Shown: positions 19,801 to 29,224 of the stretch, piece after piece
How the letters are laid out: each line of letters starts with the position of its first letter
How positions within the stretch are numbered: the first letter of the stretch is position 1
Origin: Candidatus Komeilibacteria bacterium RIFOXYD1_FULL_37_29
GTDB lineage: Bacteria; Patescibacteriota; Patescibacteriia; UBA1558; GWA2-36-10
Reading direction: 5' to 3'
Assembly: GCA_001818495.1 (NCBI GenBank)
Contig: MHKS01000004.1
Coordinates: 161,235-225,234, forward strand
DNA length: 64,000 nucleotides
Made by a program: the position numbers and the translations under genes
Notes under the pieces: generated by a model
What the model saw: the letters and a program-made list of their open reading frames with translations, nothing else
Databases searched by the model: none
Told to the model about the DNA's origin: nothing

Positions 19801-22620
19801 ATGAACGCTTTTCCTCTATCTAGTTTAATAACAGCAATTTTAAGTTTAGCCTTATCTTTATTTGTTTATTGGAGAGGAGGCAAATCTATTTTAAATAGAC
19901 TTTGGGCAAGGACCAGTTTAACCATAAGTTTTTGGAGCTTTGGTTTATTTGGTGTTACATTTTTTTCAGATTATAATTATGCATATTTTTCTCAAACTAT
20001 TTTGGATATAGCGGGTGTATTTTTAGCTGTATTTTTTGTACACTTCGTTTTTAAATTAGTTGAGAAGAATAATAAGTTTTATAGATTTTTATTATATATT
20101 TTTTATTCAGTAGCAACATTATTAGCAATTTTAAGTTTTACAAAATATTTTAAAGTAGGATTAAAACCAGTTTTTGAATTTAGATATTGGATTGACCCGG
20201 GGCCAATATATATTATATTTCCAATATTTTTTTTAATTTTAGCTGTGGTTTCTATAACACTACTAATTATAGCAAGGGCTTCTTTTTCTGGTATTAAGAG
20301 TCAACAGATAAAATATGTTTTATATACAGCTTTTATAGGTTTTGGAGGAGGAGTTTTTAATTTTTTGCCTCAATTTTCTCATATATACCCCATTGGTAAT
20401 TATTTAGTTGGTTTTTACGCCTTTGCTATAACTTACGCAATGATAAAATACCGTCTGATGAATATAAGATTGATTATCACGCGCAGTATTCTATATGCCA
20501 TTTTGGTTGGTGCAGTAGCCGCTTTTTTTGCCTTGTCGGTAGTAGTAGTTGGTGAATTGATTGGTGGTAATACTCAAACTAGTAAAATAATCACTTATAT
20601 TGCCACATCTTTTATAGTAGTAGTATTTTTGGAGCCAGTAAAAAGGACTTGGGCCAAGCTAACTGACAAGATTTTTTATAAAGACAAAATTGATTATCAA
20701 GAAGTATTGCGAGAAGTAGGCAATGTAGTAGCTAGAGAGATTGACCTATATAAATTGTTAAAAGGCACTAGCCAACTACTAGCAGAGAGATTAAAAATCA
20801 AACAAGTATCGTCTTTTGTACCAAATGTCCAGGGGAAATTTCATCTTTTAGCCAGCTCCACTCAAAAAGAATCAGGCATTGTATTATCTGATGAATTGGT
20901 AAATTATATTCAAACCAATAAAAAGATTTTAATTATTGATGAATTGATTAGAGATCTTGGAGATTTGGATGAAAAATCCGAGCACTATAAAAATTTGAAT
21001 AGTTTTGTTAGTAATGCGGAAAACAATAAGATAGAAATGATAGTGCCGATAGTAGAAAGTAAAAATTTGACGGCTATATTGATTTTTAATGCCAAACAAT
21101 CCGGCGATTTGTATGAGCAAGATGATATAAACTTTTTAGAGGTATTGGGTCCGCAGATTGCCACATCCATTGAAAAATCTAAACTATACGAAGAAGTAGA
21201 GAGATTTAATAAAGAATTGCAACAAAAGGTAGAGGATAGGACCAAGAGTCTAAAAGAGGTCAATTTTGCTTTGGAGGAGAGAAACAAGTTTTTGACTACC
21301 ATTCAGGTGGTAACCAATATGATTAGTCGAACGCTTGATTTGAAAAAAGTCAATCAAATGATTGCCGACAGCTTGGCGACAGAAGTTGGTTATATTGGTG
21401 GAATGCTCAGTTTTGTAGACGAAGGCCACAAGTATCTCAAAGTAGGAGCTATTACCAATAATGAGCAGGCCAGAGATGCTTTCCGTATTTTATCCAAAGA
21501 ACCCAGAGACTATAAGAGTCTGTTGGAAGAAAACTATAATATTGGTGTCCAGACTTTTTTGACTGGAAAAATAAATTTTTCTGATCAACTGGCCAAATTC
21601 CTTTCCCCGCCAGTTGATAAAACGGAAATAGAACAAATTCAGAAAAAATTGGGTATCAAGACAATTGTCGGTGTGCCGGTGTTTTCTGAAGCCAAGATTA
21701 TTGGTGTGATTGAGTTTTATTTAGCGGTAACACGAGAAAAAATATCTTCATTGGATATTGAGATTATGACAGCCCTAGCCAATCAAGTTGGTATAGTGTC
21801 TCGTAACCTTAAACTGTATAACACACTCCAACATGCCAATGCCGAACTGCAAGATGCCAATACCAGACTGCGGGAGTTGGATAAAGCTAAATCAGAGTTT
21901 CTTTCTATTGCTTCTCATCAATTGCGCACCCCGATATCTGCCATCAAAGGGTATTTGTCCATGATGATTGACGGAGATTTTGGCAAACTACCGGATAATA
22001 TATCGGACGTAGTTAAAAATATTTTTGAAAGTGCGGCTCGTCTGGCTAGACTTATCAATATTTTCTTAAATGTCAGTCGTATTGAGTCTGGTCGTTTGAA
22101 ACTGGAAAAAAGACCTATGCAAATTGATGAATTGATTGATAGCGTTATAGTAGAACTTATCAACCAAGCCAAACAAAAAGGAGTAACATTGGAGTATAAG
22201 AAAAATAAAAAAGCGCCACCACTAATACTGGCCGATGCTGATAAGCTCCGGGAAGTAGTCTTGAACTTAATTGACAATGCTATCAAATATACACCTAAAG
22301 GATCAATAGTGGTAACGGTAAAGGCGGATGATAAATTATTAAATTTCAAAGTTACTGATACTGGTATTGGTATTAAAAAAGAAGAAGTGGGATCTTTATT
22401 TAGAAAATTTGTGCGTGGCTCGGGCGTAGCCCAGGTGCATACCAGCGGTTCTGGCTTGGGATTGTTTATTGCTCAAAAGATTATCAAAGAACACGACGGT
22501 CAGGTTTGGGCTGAGAGCGAGGGTAGTGGCAAAGGATCGGTCTTTCAATTTACTTTGCCAGTTTACAATGGGCATGATGTGCCGGCTTATAAGGAAGACG
22601 CCAAAGAGACTGGAAAATAG
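19801..22620 (+). CDS. sensor histidine kinase: N-terminal 7TM receptor domain, GAF-like domains, coiled coil, HisKA and HATPase_c
   Basis: It has an H-box SHQLRTPISAIKGY, an N-box NLIDNAIKYT, a G1 box VTDTGIGI and a G2 box GSGLGLFIAQ. About seven TM helices precede them. No response-regulator gene is adjacent. Confidence 0.8.
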   Translation: MNAFPLSSLITAILSLALSLFVYWRGGKSILNRLWARTSLTISFWSFGLFGVTFFSDYNYAYFSQTILDIAGVFLAVFFVHFVFKLVEKNNKFYRFLLYIFYSVATLLAILSFTKYFKVGLKPVFEFRYWIDPGPIYIIFPIFFLILAVVSITLLIIARASFSGIKSQQIKYVLYTAFIGFGGGVFNFLPQFSHIYPIGNYLVGFYAFAITYAMIKYRLMNIRLIITRSILYAILVGAVAAFFALSVVVVGELIGGNTQTSKIITYIATSFIVVVFLEPVKRTWAKLTDKIFYKDKIDYQEVLREVGNVVAREIDLYKLLKGTSQLLAERLKIKQVSSFVPNVQGKFHLLASSTQKESGIVLSDELVNYIQTNKKILIIDELIRDLGDLDEKSEHYKNLNSFVSNAENNKIEMIVPIVESKNLTAILIFNAKQSGDLYEQDDINFLEVLGPQIATSIEKSKLYEEVERFNKELQQKVEDRTKSLKEVNFALEERNKFLTTIQVVTNMISRTLDLKKVNQMIADSLATEVGYIGGMLSFVDEGHKYLKVGAITNNEQARDAFRILSKEPRDYKSLLEENYNIGVQTFLTGKINFSDQLAKFLSPPVDKTEIEQIQKKLGIKTIVGVPVFSEAKIIGVIEFYLAVTREKISSLDIEIMTALANQVGIVSRNLKLYNTLQHANAELQDANTRLRELDKAKSEFLSIASHQLRTPISAIKGYLSMMIDGDFGKLPDNISDVVKNIFESAARLARLINIFLNVSRIESGRLKLEKRPMQIDELIDSVIVELINQAKQKGVTLEYKKNKKAPPLILADADKLREVVLNLIDNAIKYTPKGSIVVTVKADDKLLNFKVTDTGIGIKKEEVGSLFRKFVRGSGVAQVHTSGSGLGLFIAQKIIKEHDGQVWAESEGSGKGSVFQFTLPVYNGHDVPAYKEDAKETGK

Positions 22621-22686
22621 AGCATTTTGACTATTTATTTTTTCTAGATTATAATGTGATAACCTAATAATTAAATAGTAGTTAGT

Positions 22687-22899
22687 ATGAAGAAGAAAAG
22701 CGAAGTAACAAATTTAGAAATTTTAGACGCCATAAACGATTTTTCCACCTCGGTAGACAAACGTTTTGATGGTGTTGAATCAAGGCTGGATAGTTTAGAA
22801 TATAATCAGGAAAATATTATATCTAAACTTGATAATGTAGCCCATAGATTTGAGATTAGAGATTTGGAAAAGAGGGTTGGGATTTTGGAAAATAAATAA
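22687..22899 (+). CDS. small coiled-coil protein (70 aa), unknown function
   Basis: It shows a heptad-like pattern and has its own terminator at 22911-22941. Confidence 0.45.
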   Translation: MKKKSEVTNLEILDAINDFSTSVDKRFDGVESRLDSLEYNQENIISKLDNVAHRFEIRDLEKRVGILENK

Positions 22900-22910
22900 T
22901 GATATTTTAA

Positions 22911-22941
22911 AACACCGCATCAAACGCGGTGTTTTTTGTTT
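22911..22941 (+). terminator. rho-independent terminator
   Basis: aACACCGCatcaaacGCGGTGTtttttgttt is a 7-bp stem followed by a T-run. Confidence 0.8.
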
Positions 22942-23181
22942 ATAGATTTTTTATGAGAAGGGGGAGGGGATAACTTTTATAGATTTTTCTTGACTCAGCC
23001 CCCCGCGAGGAGCTGGGTTGACAACATTTTTTTATGAGTATATATTTAAAGTAGAAATATAAGACGGCTATTAATATAGCGACGGCTTATAAAAATGTCC
23101 TCTCACAATAAAATATATATGAAGAAAAACAATTTTGGGATCTAATATCAAGTTCATCACTCAACCACCAGGAGGATAGCC

Positions 23182-23970
23182 ATGGATTACAGCTTGATAG
23201 TTGACGAAGTAAAGAGGGTGGCAAACATAACAGAAACAGCTTTTTTGAAAAAATGGCAGGCAATACCTATTATTGACAACAGAGAAAAGTTATTGCTCAT
23301 TCCTGAAAATTTTTGTTATCCATTTTATGCTAACACTATGAATATCACTGAAGATAAAAGAATTTTTTTAAGAGAGGTGACATTTTTAATGTTTGTAAAA
23401 GCATATGAAATACTCGGGGGTCTCGGTTTGGAACTTAGAATATATGATGGTTGGAGGCCGGTTAGCTTACAGGAACAGCTTTATTGGTTGTATATGAAGC
23501 AATTTACAGTATGTAAATTTTCTAACATAGCCCCTTTGTTTTCTCAAGCTATTTTGGCTACAGAAATTAAAAATGTTTTTAGTTTATTGGTCAAAAAAAC
23601 TCAAGAAATCCTGCATAAATTAAATAGGAGATATGTAAGTTGGCCTTCAAACAATAGAGATTTTCCCAGTCCTCATGCTACTGGCGGAGCTGTGGATGTT
23701 TGGATATTACAGAATGGTAAGTCTGTAGATTTGGGGGTCAATTTTGACTCTATGGAAGAATCTGCTGGTGCTTTCTATCATTTGCGTAATGATAGAATTA
23801 AGTTTAAAAATGATGATCGGGTATGCTACTATAGGAATGTATTGCTTTATGCCATGGTTAATGCTGGATTTTCTTGCTATCCGCCAGAGATTTGGCATTT
23901 TAATTATGGTAATCAAATGCATGCTTTGGTTACTAAAAAAGTAGCGAATTATTCATATATTGAACCATAG
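23182..23970 (+). CDS. VanX/DdpX-like D-Ala-D-Ala dipeptidase (peptidase M15D family)
   Basis: The family motifs are present in order: DGWRP, SPHATGGAVDV...DLGVNFDS.EES (S-x-H-x-x-G-x-A-x-D...D...E) and C-terminal GF...EIWHFNY. A strong GGAGG RBS sits 7 nt before the ATG. Confidence 0.6.
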   Translation: MDYSLIVDEVKRVANITETAFLKKWQAIPIIDNREKLLLIPENFCYPFYANTMNITEDKRIFLREVTFLMFVKAYEILGGLGLELRIYDGWRPVSLQEQLYWLYMKQFTVCKFSNIAPLFSQAILATEIKNVFSLLVKKTQEILHKLNRRYVSWPSNNRDFPSPHATGGAVDVWILQNGKSVDLGVNFDSMEESAGAFYHLRNDRIKFKNDDRVCYYRNVLLYAMVNAGFSCYPPEIWHFNYGNQMHALVTKKVANYSYIEP

Positions 23971-24029
23971 TCTGGCAGAGAATATATATAATATGTTCTC
24001 TGCCACTAATAATTTTAAAATTATATTTT

Positions 24030-25067
24030 ATGTCAAAGAGAATGAAGATAGCTATTGTTGTTGGCGGTGTATCAAACGAAAGAGATATTTCTATAAAAAG
24101 TGGGCAACATATTTTTGATCATTTATCTAGTATTAACTATGATAAATGTTTTGTTGAAATTACCAAAGAGGGCAAGTGGCTTTTATCTGGCGATAAGTTG
24201 AAAATAGGAGACGGTGTTTCCAAAAATAAAACTTTGTCTATATTATATTCCCAAAGAGGTATAAACAAAAATGACCTAGAAAGTTTTGATGTAATATTTT
24301 TGGCTTTGCACGGAAAATTCGGGGAGGATGGTAAAATCCAGTCCATATTGGATATTATAGGCATACCATATACTGGCTCGGGTGTATTGGCTAGTGCTTT
24401 ATCCATGAATAAGGCCAAGACTATGCAATTTTTGAGGAGTATGGACATTAAAACGCCGAAATTTTTACAGCTATTAAATAAAAACGATATAGATTTGAAA
24501 GTAGTAGATAAATTTATAGTAGAGAATTTTGGTTATCCTTGCATAGTAAAGCCAAACGAATCAGGATCTAGCATTGGTATCAACATAGTGCATTCTGTTA
24601 GCGATCTGTCGCCGGCAATAAAAGAAGCTTATCAGGAAGATAATCAGATATTAATTGAAGAGTTTATAAAAGGCAGAGAATTTACTTGTGGAGTATTGGG
24701 TAATAGTAATCAAAACAAAATATTAGCTTTGCCACCGGTGGAAGTATTAACTGATAGGAAATTTTTTGATTATGAGGCGAAATATATTTCTAAAAACACC
24801 AAAGAAATTTGTCCAGCTGATATACCTAGTAAATTAGCAGAGGATATTCAGTCTTTATCTCAAAGAGTACATAGGGCCATTGGTTGTGATGGACTTACAC
24901 GTTCGGATTTCATATTAAAAAATAATGAGCTTTATTTTTTGGAAATAAATACCTTGCCAGGACTTACAGAAGGAAGTTTGTGCCCCAAAGAGGTAAAAGC
25001 AGTCGGCATGACTTTTTCAGAATTTTTAGATAAACAGATAAAGTTAGCAATAGAAAAACGTAAATAA
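24030..25067 (+). CDS. ddl: D-alanine--D-alanine ligase
   Basis: MKIAIVVGGVSNERDISIKSG, LHGKFGEDGKIQSILDIIGIPYTGSGVLASALSMNKAKT and EINTLPGLTE are canonical Ddl ATP-grasp signatures. Confidence 0.85.
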   Translation: MSKRMKIAIVVGGVSNERDISIKSGQHIFDHLSSINYDKCFVEITKEGKWLLSGDKLKIGDGVSKNKTLSILYSQRGINKNDLESFDVIFLALHGKFGEDGKIQSILDIIGIPYTGSGVLASALSMNKAKTMQFLRSMDIKTPKFLQLLNKNDIDLKVVDKFIVENFGYPCIVKPNESGSSIGINIVHSVSDLSPAIKEAYQEDNQILIEEFIKGREFTCGVLGNSNQNKILALPPVEVLTDRKFFDYEAKYISKNTKEICPADIPSKLAEDIQSLSQRVHRAIGCDGLTRSDFILKNNELYFLEINTLPGLTEGSLCPKEVKAVGMTFSEFLDKQIKLAIEKRK

Positions 25068-25934
25068 ATGAATAAAAAATGTTACATATTAATGAATGCC
25101 GATGGTCCAGAAGAGTTAGCATCGATCTTATCAGCTAAAGATGTTTTTAGGGCAGTAAAATTTTTTTATGATCCAACATTATTAAAATTAACAAAAGATA
25201 ATTGGTTTAGAAAAATACAGACTTTAGATAAAGGGTCTATTTGTATCTTAACAACACATGGCGATTTTGGCGAAAATGGTAGTCTGCAAAAAGTATTAGA
25301 AATAAAAAAAATTGCTCATACACATTCCCCAGCAACAGTTTGTGGTATTTTACTTAATAAACATTTAAGTAAAATGTTTTATAAATCTTTAGGCATCAGT
25401 ACTCCGTCCTGGTATTTTAATGACAATATATATGGTTGCAAACTCAATAAAATGTTTTCTAAAAAGTTTGTGAAAAAGCCGTTATTAGGAGGCAGTAAAG
25501 TAGGTATAAAGAAAGTAAACAATATATCTAGTGGTGATGTTGATCAATATATCTATGAAACATATGTCGACGGTTCTATACAAATTAGTATGAGTATTTT
25601 AGGAAGCGGTGAGAATGCATTGTCTTTGGCACCAGTTATAAGAAAGAGGCCTCTTTTTGCCGCTTCAAAATACAGTATCTCTTATAATAAGATAGATCAG
25701 CGGATAATAGATAAATGTGGAGCTTGGGCGAAAAAAATACACATATCATTAGGATGCCGTGGAGTAACAAAAACAGATTTTTTGCTAGATAAGTATGGGG
25801 AGATTTGGGCCATTGAAACAGACGCTATTCCAGGATTGTCAAAGACTAATGCAATCTCAATAAGTGCAGAAAGGTCGGGTTTAAGTTACAGAGAGCTAGT
25901 AAGTAAAATTTTACAAGATGTTTATGTCGAATAA
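25068..25934 (+). CDS. divergent, N-terminally truncated D-Ala-D-Ala-ligase-like ATP-grasp protein
   Basis: ILTTHGDFGENGSLQKVLEIKKIAHTHSPATVCGILLNKHLSK parallels LHGKFGEDGKIQSILDIIGIPYTGSG...NKAKT of the upstream Ddl. C-terminal ETDAIPGLSKTN parallels EINTLPGLTEGS. Its start overlaps the ddl stop. Confidence 0.55.
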   Translation: MNKKCYILMNADGPEELASILSAKDVFRAVKFFYDPTLLKLTKDNWFRKIQTLDKGSICILTTHGDFGENGSLQKVLEIKKIAHTHSPATVCGILLNKHLSKMFYKSLGISTPSWYFNDNIYGCKLNKMFSKKFVKKPLLGGSKVGIKKVNNISSGDVDQYIYETYVDGSIQISMSILGSGENALSLAPVIRKRPLFAASKYSISYNKIDQRIIDKCGAWAKKIHISLGCRGVTKTDFLLDKYGEIWAIETDAIPGLSKTNAISISAERSGLSYRELVSKILQDVYVE

Positions 25935-27297
25935 ATTAGCTTTATTTGGAGGAAAGCCTTTGGTTAAAGATCATAAGAGATTAAGGCTTGATTGGCCCAT
26001 TGTAGATAAAAGTGACTATGGCGCTATTAAAAAAGCTTTTGATGATAGAGATTTTTCTGGTAGGGGTTCAAAAAGAATATCTGATTTAGAATACATTTTT
26101 TCAAAATATTATGATGGCTTATATGCAACGGCTTTAAACAGCGGAACAGCGGCACTGCATTTGGCGTTGATTTCTTTGGGTATTAAGCCTGGCGATGAGG
26201 TGATAGTACCAGCTCTAACTTTTGTGGCGACAGCCATGAGTGTGATACATAATAATTCTATTCCAGTATTTGCTGATATTGACCGTAAAAATTTTAATAT
26301 ATTACCATCCAGCATAGAGAAGAACATATCAAAAAGAACTAAGGCGGTTATAGTAGTGCATTTGCATGGAGCCCCGGCTGATATGGATCCCATAATAAAA
26401 ATATGCAGAAAATATAAGTTGAAATTGATAGAGGATGTAGCTCAGGCACCAGGCGCTACTTATAAGGGTAGAAAAATTGGTACATTTGGCGACGCAGCTA
26501 TATTCAGTTTGATGTCCCAAAAAAATTTAGCTACTTGTGGCGAATGTGGAATTTTATTGAATAAAAGTAAGAATGATAAAAATAGAGCAGAGATGGCACG
26601 TATTTATGGTGAAATTGTTAAATCTAATACTGAAAGGATTTATAATTCATATACTCTGGGTTGGAATTACACATTAAATCCAATTCAAGCGGCTATGGCC
26701 ATTAGCCAACTAAAAAAATTTAATAAGATTACTAATGAGATACAATATAGAGCTAGAAAATTAAATAATGCCCTTAATAAATTTGGCTGGATTTTGCCAC
26801 CAGTCGAATCAGAAGGAACTGAAAGCGTTTTTCATTTTTATAGGTTCCAGTTAAATTCTAATTATTTTGATTATAAGTGTGTTGGTAGATTCAGACAGGC
26901 TGTGCAAGATGCTCTAAATGCCGAAGGTTTGAATGTCAGACATTATCAGAAGATTCCTCTGGCCGGGCAGCCATTTTTTCAAAAAAATGATATAAATAAA
27001 GAATTGCCCTGGTCATTAAATAGTAATAGTTATATTTATAATATAAATGATTATCCAAATACTTTAGAAGTAATTAATAGCACACTAATTCTTGGAGCGA
27101 TTAGTTCTGCTCCTGGCTATCTGCTTTGTCCGGGTACGATAGAAAAATATTTATTAGGTTTTGAAAAAATTGATAAAAATATTCATAAATTGCTCAGTTA
27201 TGCTGATGGTATCAAATATTCGGAACCATGGGAAGAAATGAAAGTCATATCAGATAGTTTTGGAGCTAAATATGGGGTATTTTCTAGTGGTGGCTAA
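25918..27297 (+). CDS. DegT/DnrJ/EryC1/StrS-family PLP-dependent aminotransferase with C-terminal extension
   Basis: LNSGTAALHLALISLGIKPGDEVIVPALTFVATA and the later FSLMSQKNL (Lys-containing PLP-site region) are present. Its 459 aa compare with a typical 370-400 aa. Confidence 0.8.
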   Translation: MFMSNKLALFGGKPLVKDHKRLRLDWPIVDKSDYGAIKKAFDDRDFSGRGSKRISDLEYIFSKYYDGLYATALNSGTAALHLALISLGIKPGDEVIVPALTFVATAMSVIHNNSIPVFADIDRKNFNILPSSIEKNISKRTKAVIVVHLHGAPADMDPIIKICRKYKLKLIEDVAQAPGATYKGRKIGTFGDAAIFSLMSQKNLATCGECGILLNKSKNDKNRAEMARIYGEIVKSNTERIYNSYTLGWNYTLNPIQAAMAISQLKKFNKITNEIQYRARKLNNALNKFGWILPPVESEGTESVFHFYRFQLNSNYFDYKCVGRFRQAVQDALNAEGLNVRHYQKIPLAGQPFFQKNDINKELPWSLNSNSYIYNINDYPNTLEVINSTLILGAISSAPGYLLCPGTIEKYLLGFEKIDKNIHKLLSYADGIKYSEPWEEMKVISDSFGAKYGVFSSGG

Positions 27298-28009
27298 ACA
27301 GATTAATTATAAAATTATTATGGGAGTTGTAGATAAAATTTTGTATAATTTTAATAACGGTGTTGATATATTGAGTTGTAATAATGACTTGTCATTAGTT
27401 GATTGTTCAGGAAAATTATATGAGTATGAGACAAAAGTTAATTTAGATAATTTTGGTGATCTTGCTGAAACACTTAGAATAATTAAATCATTGAAAATAT
27501 TAAAATTTGAAAATAGATCGGAGATGCATTATTTATTTAACATTAGTGAAAATATAATCGCTTATCTAGTATTTGTTGATGGGCTTTCTCAAGTTTGGAT
27601 AAAGTTTAAATATGATATTAACAAAATCAACACAAGTGAGTTTAAGATACCATTGATATTAAGAAGGGGTAAAAAATTTCGTCCGGGTGATTATAATTAT
27701 AAGAGAGCGTTTCATACTCTTATGAAAGGGAAATATTATGATTCTTATTATAAAAAATGTATAAATTATTTTTTTAGGTATAATAATTTTTTTTATTCAC
27801 TTTCTTTATCTTTAGTCAATAATCAAAACGGTTTTCAGCATAATCAAATGGAATTTGAATATGAAGGTGTATTAAAAGGCATGGATAATCCAAATAGGGA
27901 GGATATATTAAAAGGTTTTGATTTACTTTTTAAAAATTCATTTCCTTTCCTATTTGGTAAATTTAATACCGAAACAAAATATGAAGCATTGAAAAATCAA
28001 TTTCGTTAA
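27260..28009 (+). CDS. hypothetical protein with possible CYTH-like (triphosphate-tunnel) signature (very tentative)
   Basis: It has LYEYETKV (ExExK-like) and C-terminal MEFEYEGV (ExExE-like) strands. The true start may be the ATG at 27320 (MGVVDK), just after the degT stop. It is extremely A+T-rich. Confidence 0.35.
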   Translation: MELNMGYFLVVAKQINYKIIMGVVDKILYNFNNGVDILSCNNDLSLVDCSGKLYEYETKVNLDNFGDLAETLRIIKSLKILKFENRSEMHYLFNISENIIAYLVFVDGLSQVWIKFKYDINKINTSEFKIPLILRRGKKFRPGDYNYKRAFHTLMKGKYYDSYYKKCINYFFRYNNFFYSLSLSLVNNQNGFQHNQMEFEYEGVLKGMDNPNREDILKGFDLLFKNSFPFLFGKFNTETKYEALKNQFR

Positions 28010-28034
28010 AATATAATATTATTATGTAATCAAA

Positions 28035-28499
28035 ATGAATATATATTTAAAAAAACTTATTAAAGAAAAATTTATAAAACCGCTTAAAGTTTTGGATCTT
28101 GGCGCGGAGGATTTTTTAGATGTGGATCATTTAAGACAATTAAATTGGATATGTGAAGGTGTGGATATAAATAATGGAGTTGATTTAGAAAAGTATTTTT
28201 TGTCATCTAACTATCCGTTTGATTTGGTCTTTTCTAATTATGTTATACATAAAATAAAGAACAGGGAGCAATTTGCCAAAATAATTTTTGACAATTTAAA
28301 AAAAGATGGTTGGTTTTTTATACACACTTTTGACAAGACAGACGAGAATAGCCAGTCTGTTTTAACAGAGGGTTATTTGTATGAGATATTATCTAACCAA
28401 GGTTTTAGAAACATTAAAACAAAAGTTTTTAGTTTTTATGATAATCAAGAAAATCATAAACGTTGGCATAAAATATTAGAGGCCACGGGGCAAAAGTAA
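28035..28499 (+). CDS. small class-I methyltransferase-fold-like protein with atypical motif I
   Basis: VLDLGAEDF sits in the motif I position but lacks GxGxG. GVDIN, FDLVFSNYVIH and LKKDGWFF follow in the motif II/III positions. Confidence 0.35.
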   Translation: MNIYLKKLIKEKFIKPLKVLDLGAEDFLDVDHLRQLNWICEGVDINNGVDLEKYFLSSNYPFDLVFSNYVIHKIKNREQFAKIIFDNLKKDGWFFIHTFDKTDENSQSVLTEGYLYEILSNQGFRNIKTKVFSFYDNQENHKRWHKILEATGQK

Positions 28500-28581
28500 A
28501 TGTAAATTATGAAATTTATATATGATCATTGTGATTTAAAAAAAATTGTGGTGACAATATATAAAATAATATTATTTAAAT

Positions 28582-29220
28582 ATGAGAGAATACCTTAACC
28601 TAAAATCAATAAAAGCCGATAAAAAATTACAAGCATTTCTTGCGACTACTCAGAGAGAGTTTAATTCATTTTTTCATTTCAAAATTGTTGAACCGTTGAT
28701 TTTTTTAGTAACAACTCGCCGAGATTTAGATTTGCTGGTCGGTAGGAAAACAGAAAGATGGTTTGTCGGAATGACTAAAAATAATTGTATTTATATATTG
28801 GATAAAAAAAAATTTGCCAAACAATCAAATCATAAAGAGGAAGATTTTTGGCAAACATTAAAACATGAGTACAGTCATATTTATTATACGCAAATAACCA
28901 AAAGTCACTATCCATTTTGGCTAAATGAGGGGCTGGCCTGTCTTCTTTCCGGTAAAAAGCTGGTCCTTAAAAAAGATAGTAAAGATAAACTAGTGAATGT
29001 TTTGTCGTATTTTAATCATAGGGATAGGGATATATATATGGTCGGCCATTACTGGGTAGAGTATTTATTAAAAAATTATGGTAAAAGAAAACTGGTGCAG
29101 TTAATAAAAAATCTAAATTTTAAATCAGAAATAAATAGTCGGCAATTTGTTGATAAATTTTTTAAGATATACGGTTTTAGATTCACCAAAACAAATTTAA
29201 TGAAAATGATAATGTTATAA
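28582..29220 (+). CDS. putative zinc metallopeptidase (gluzincin, Peptidase_MA-like)
   Basis: HEYSH (HExxH) is followed 19 aa later by WLNEGLA (third-ligand Glu), which is the HExxH...E gluzincin arrangement. Confidence 0.5.
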   Translation: MREYLNLKSIKADKKLQAFLATTQREFNSFFHFKIVEPLIFLVTTRRDLDLLVGRKTERWFVGMTKNNCIYILDKKKFAKQSNHKEEDFWQTLKHEYSHIYYTQITKSHYPFWLNEGLACLLSGKKLVLKKDSKDKLVNVLSYFNHRDRDIYMVGHYWVEYLLKNYGKRKLVQLIKNLNFKSEINSRQFVDKFFKIYGFRFTKTNLMKMIML

Positions 29221-29224
29221 ATAG

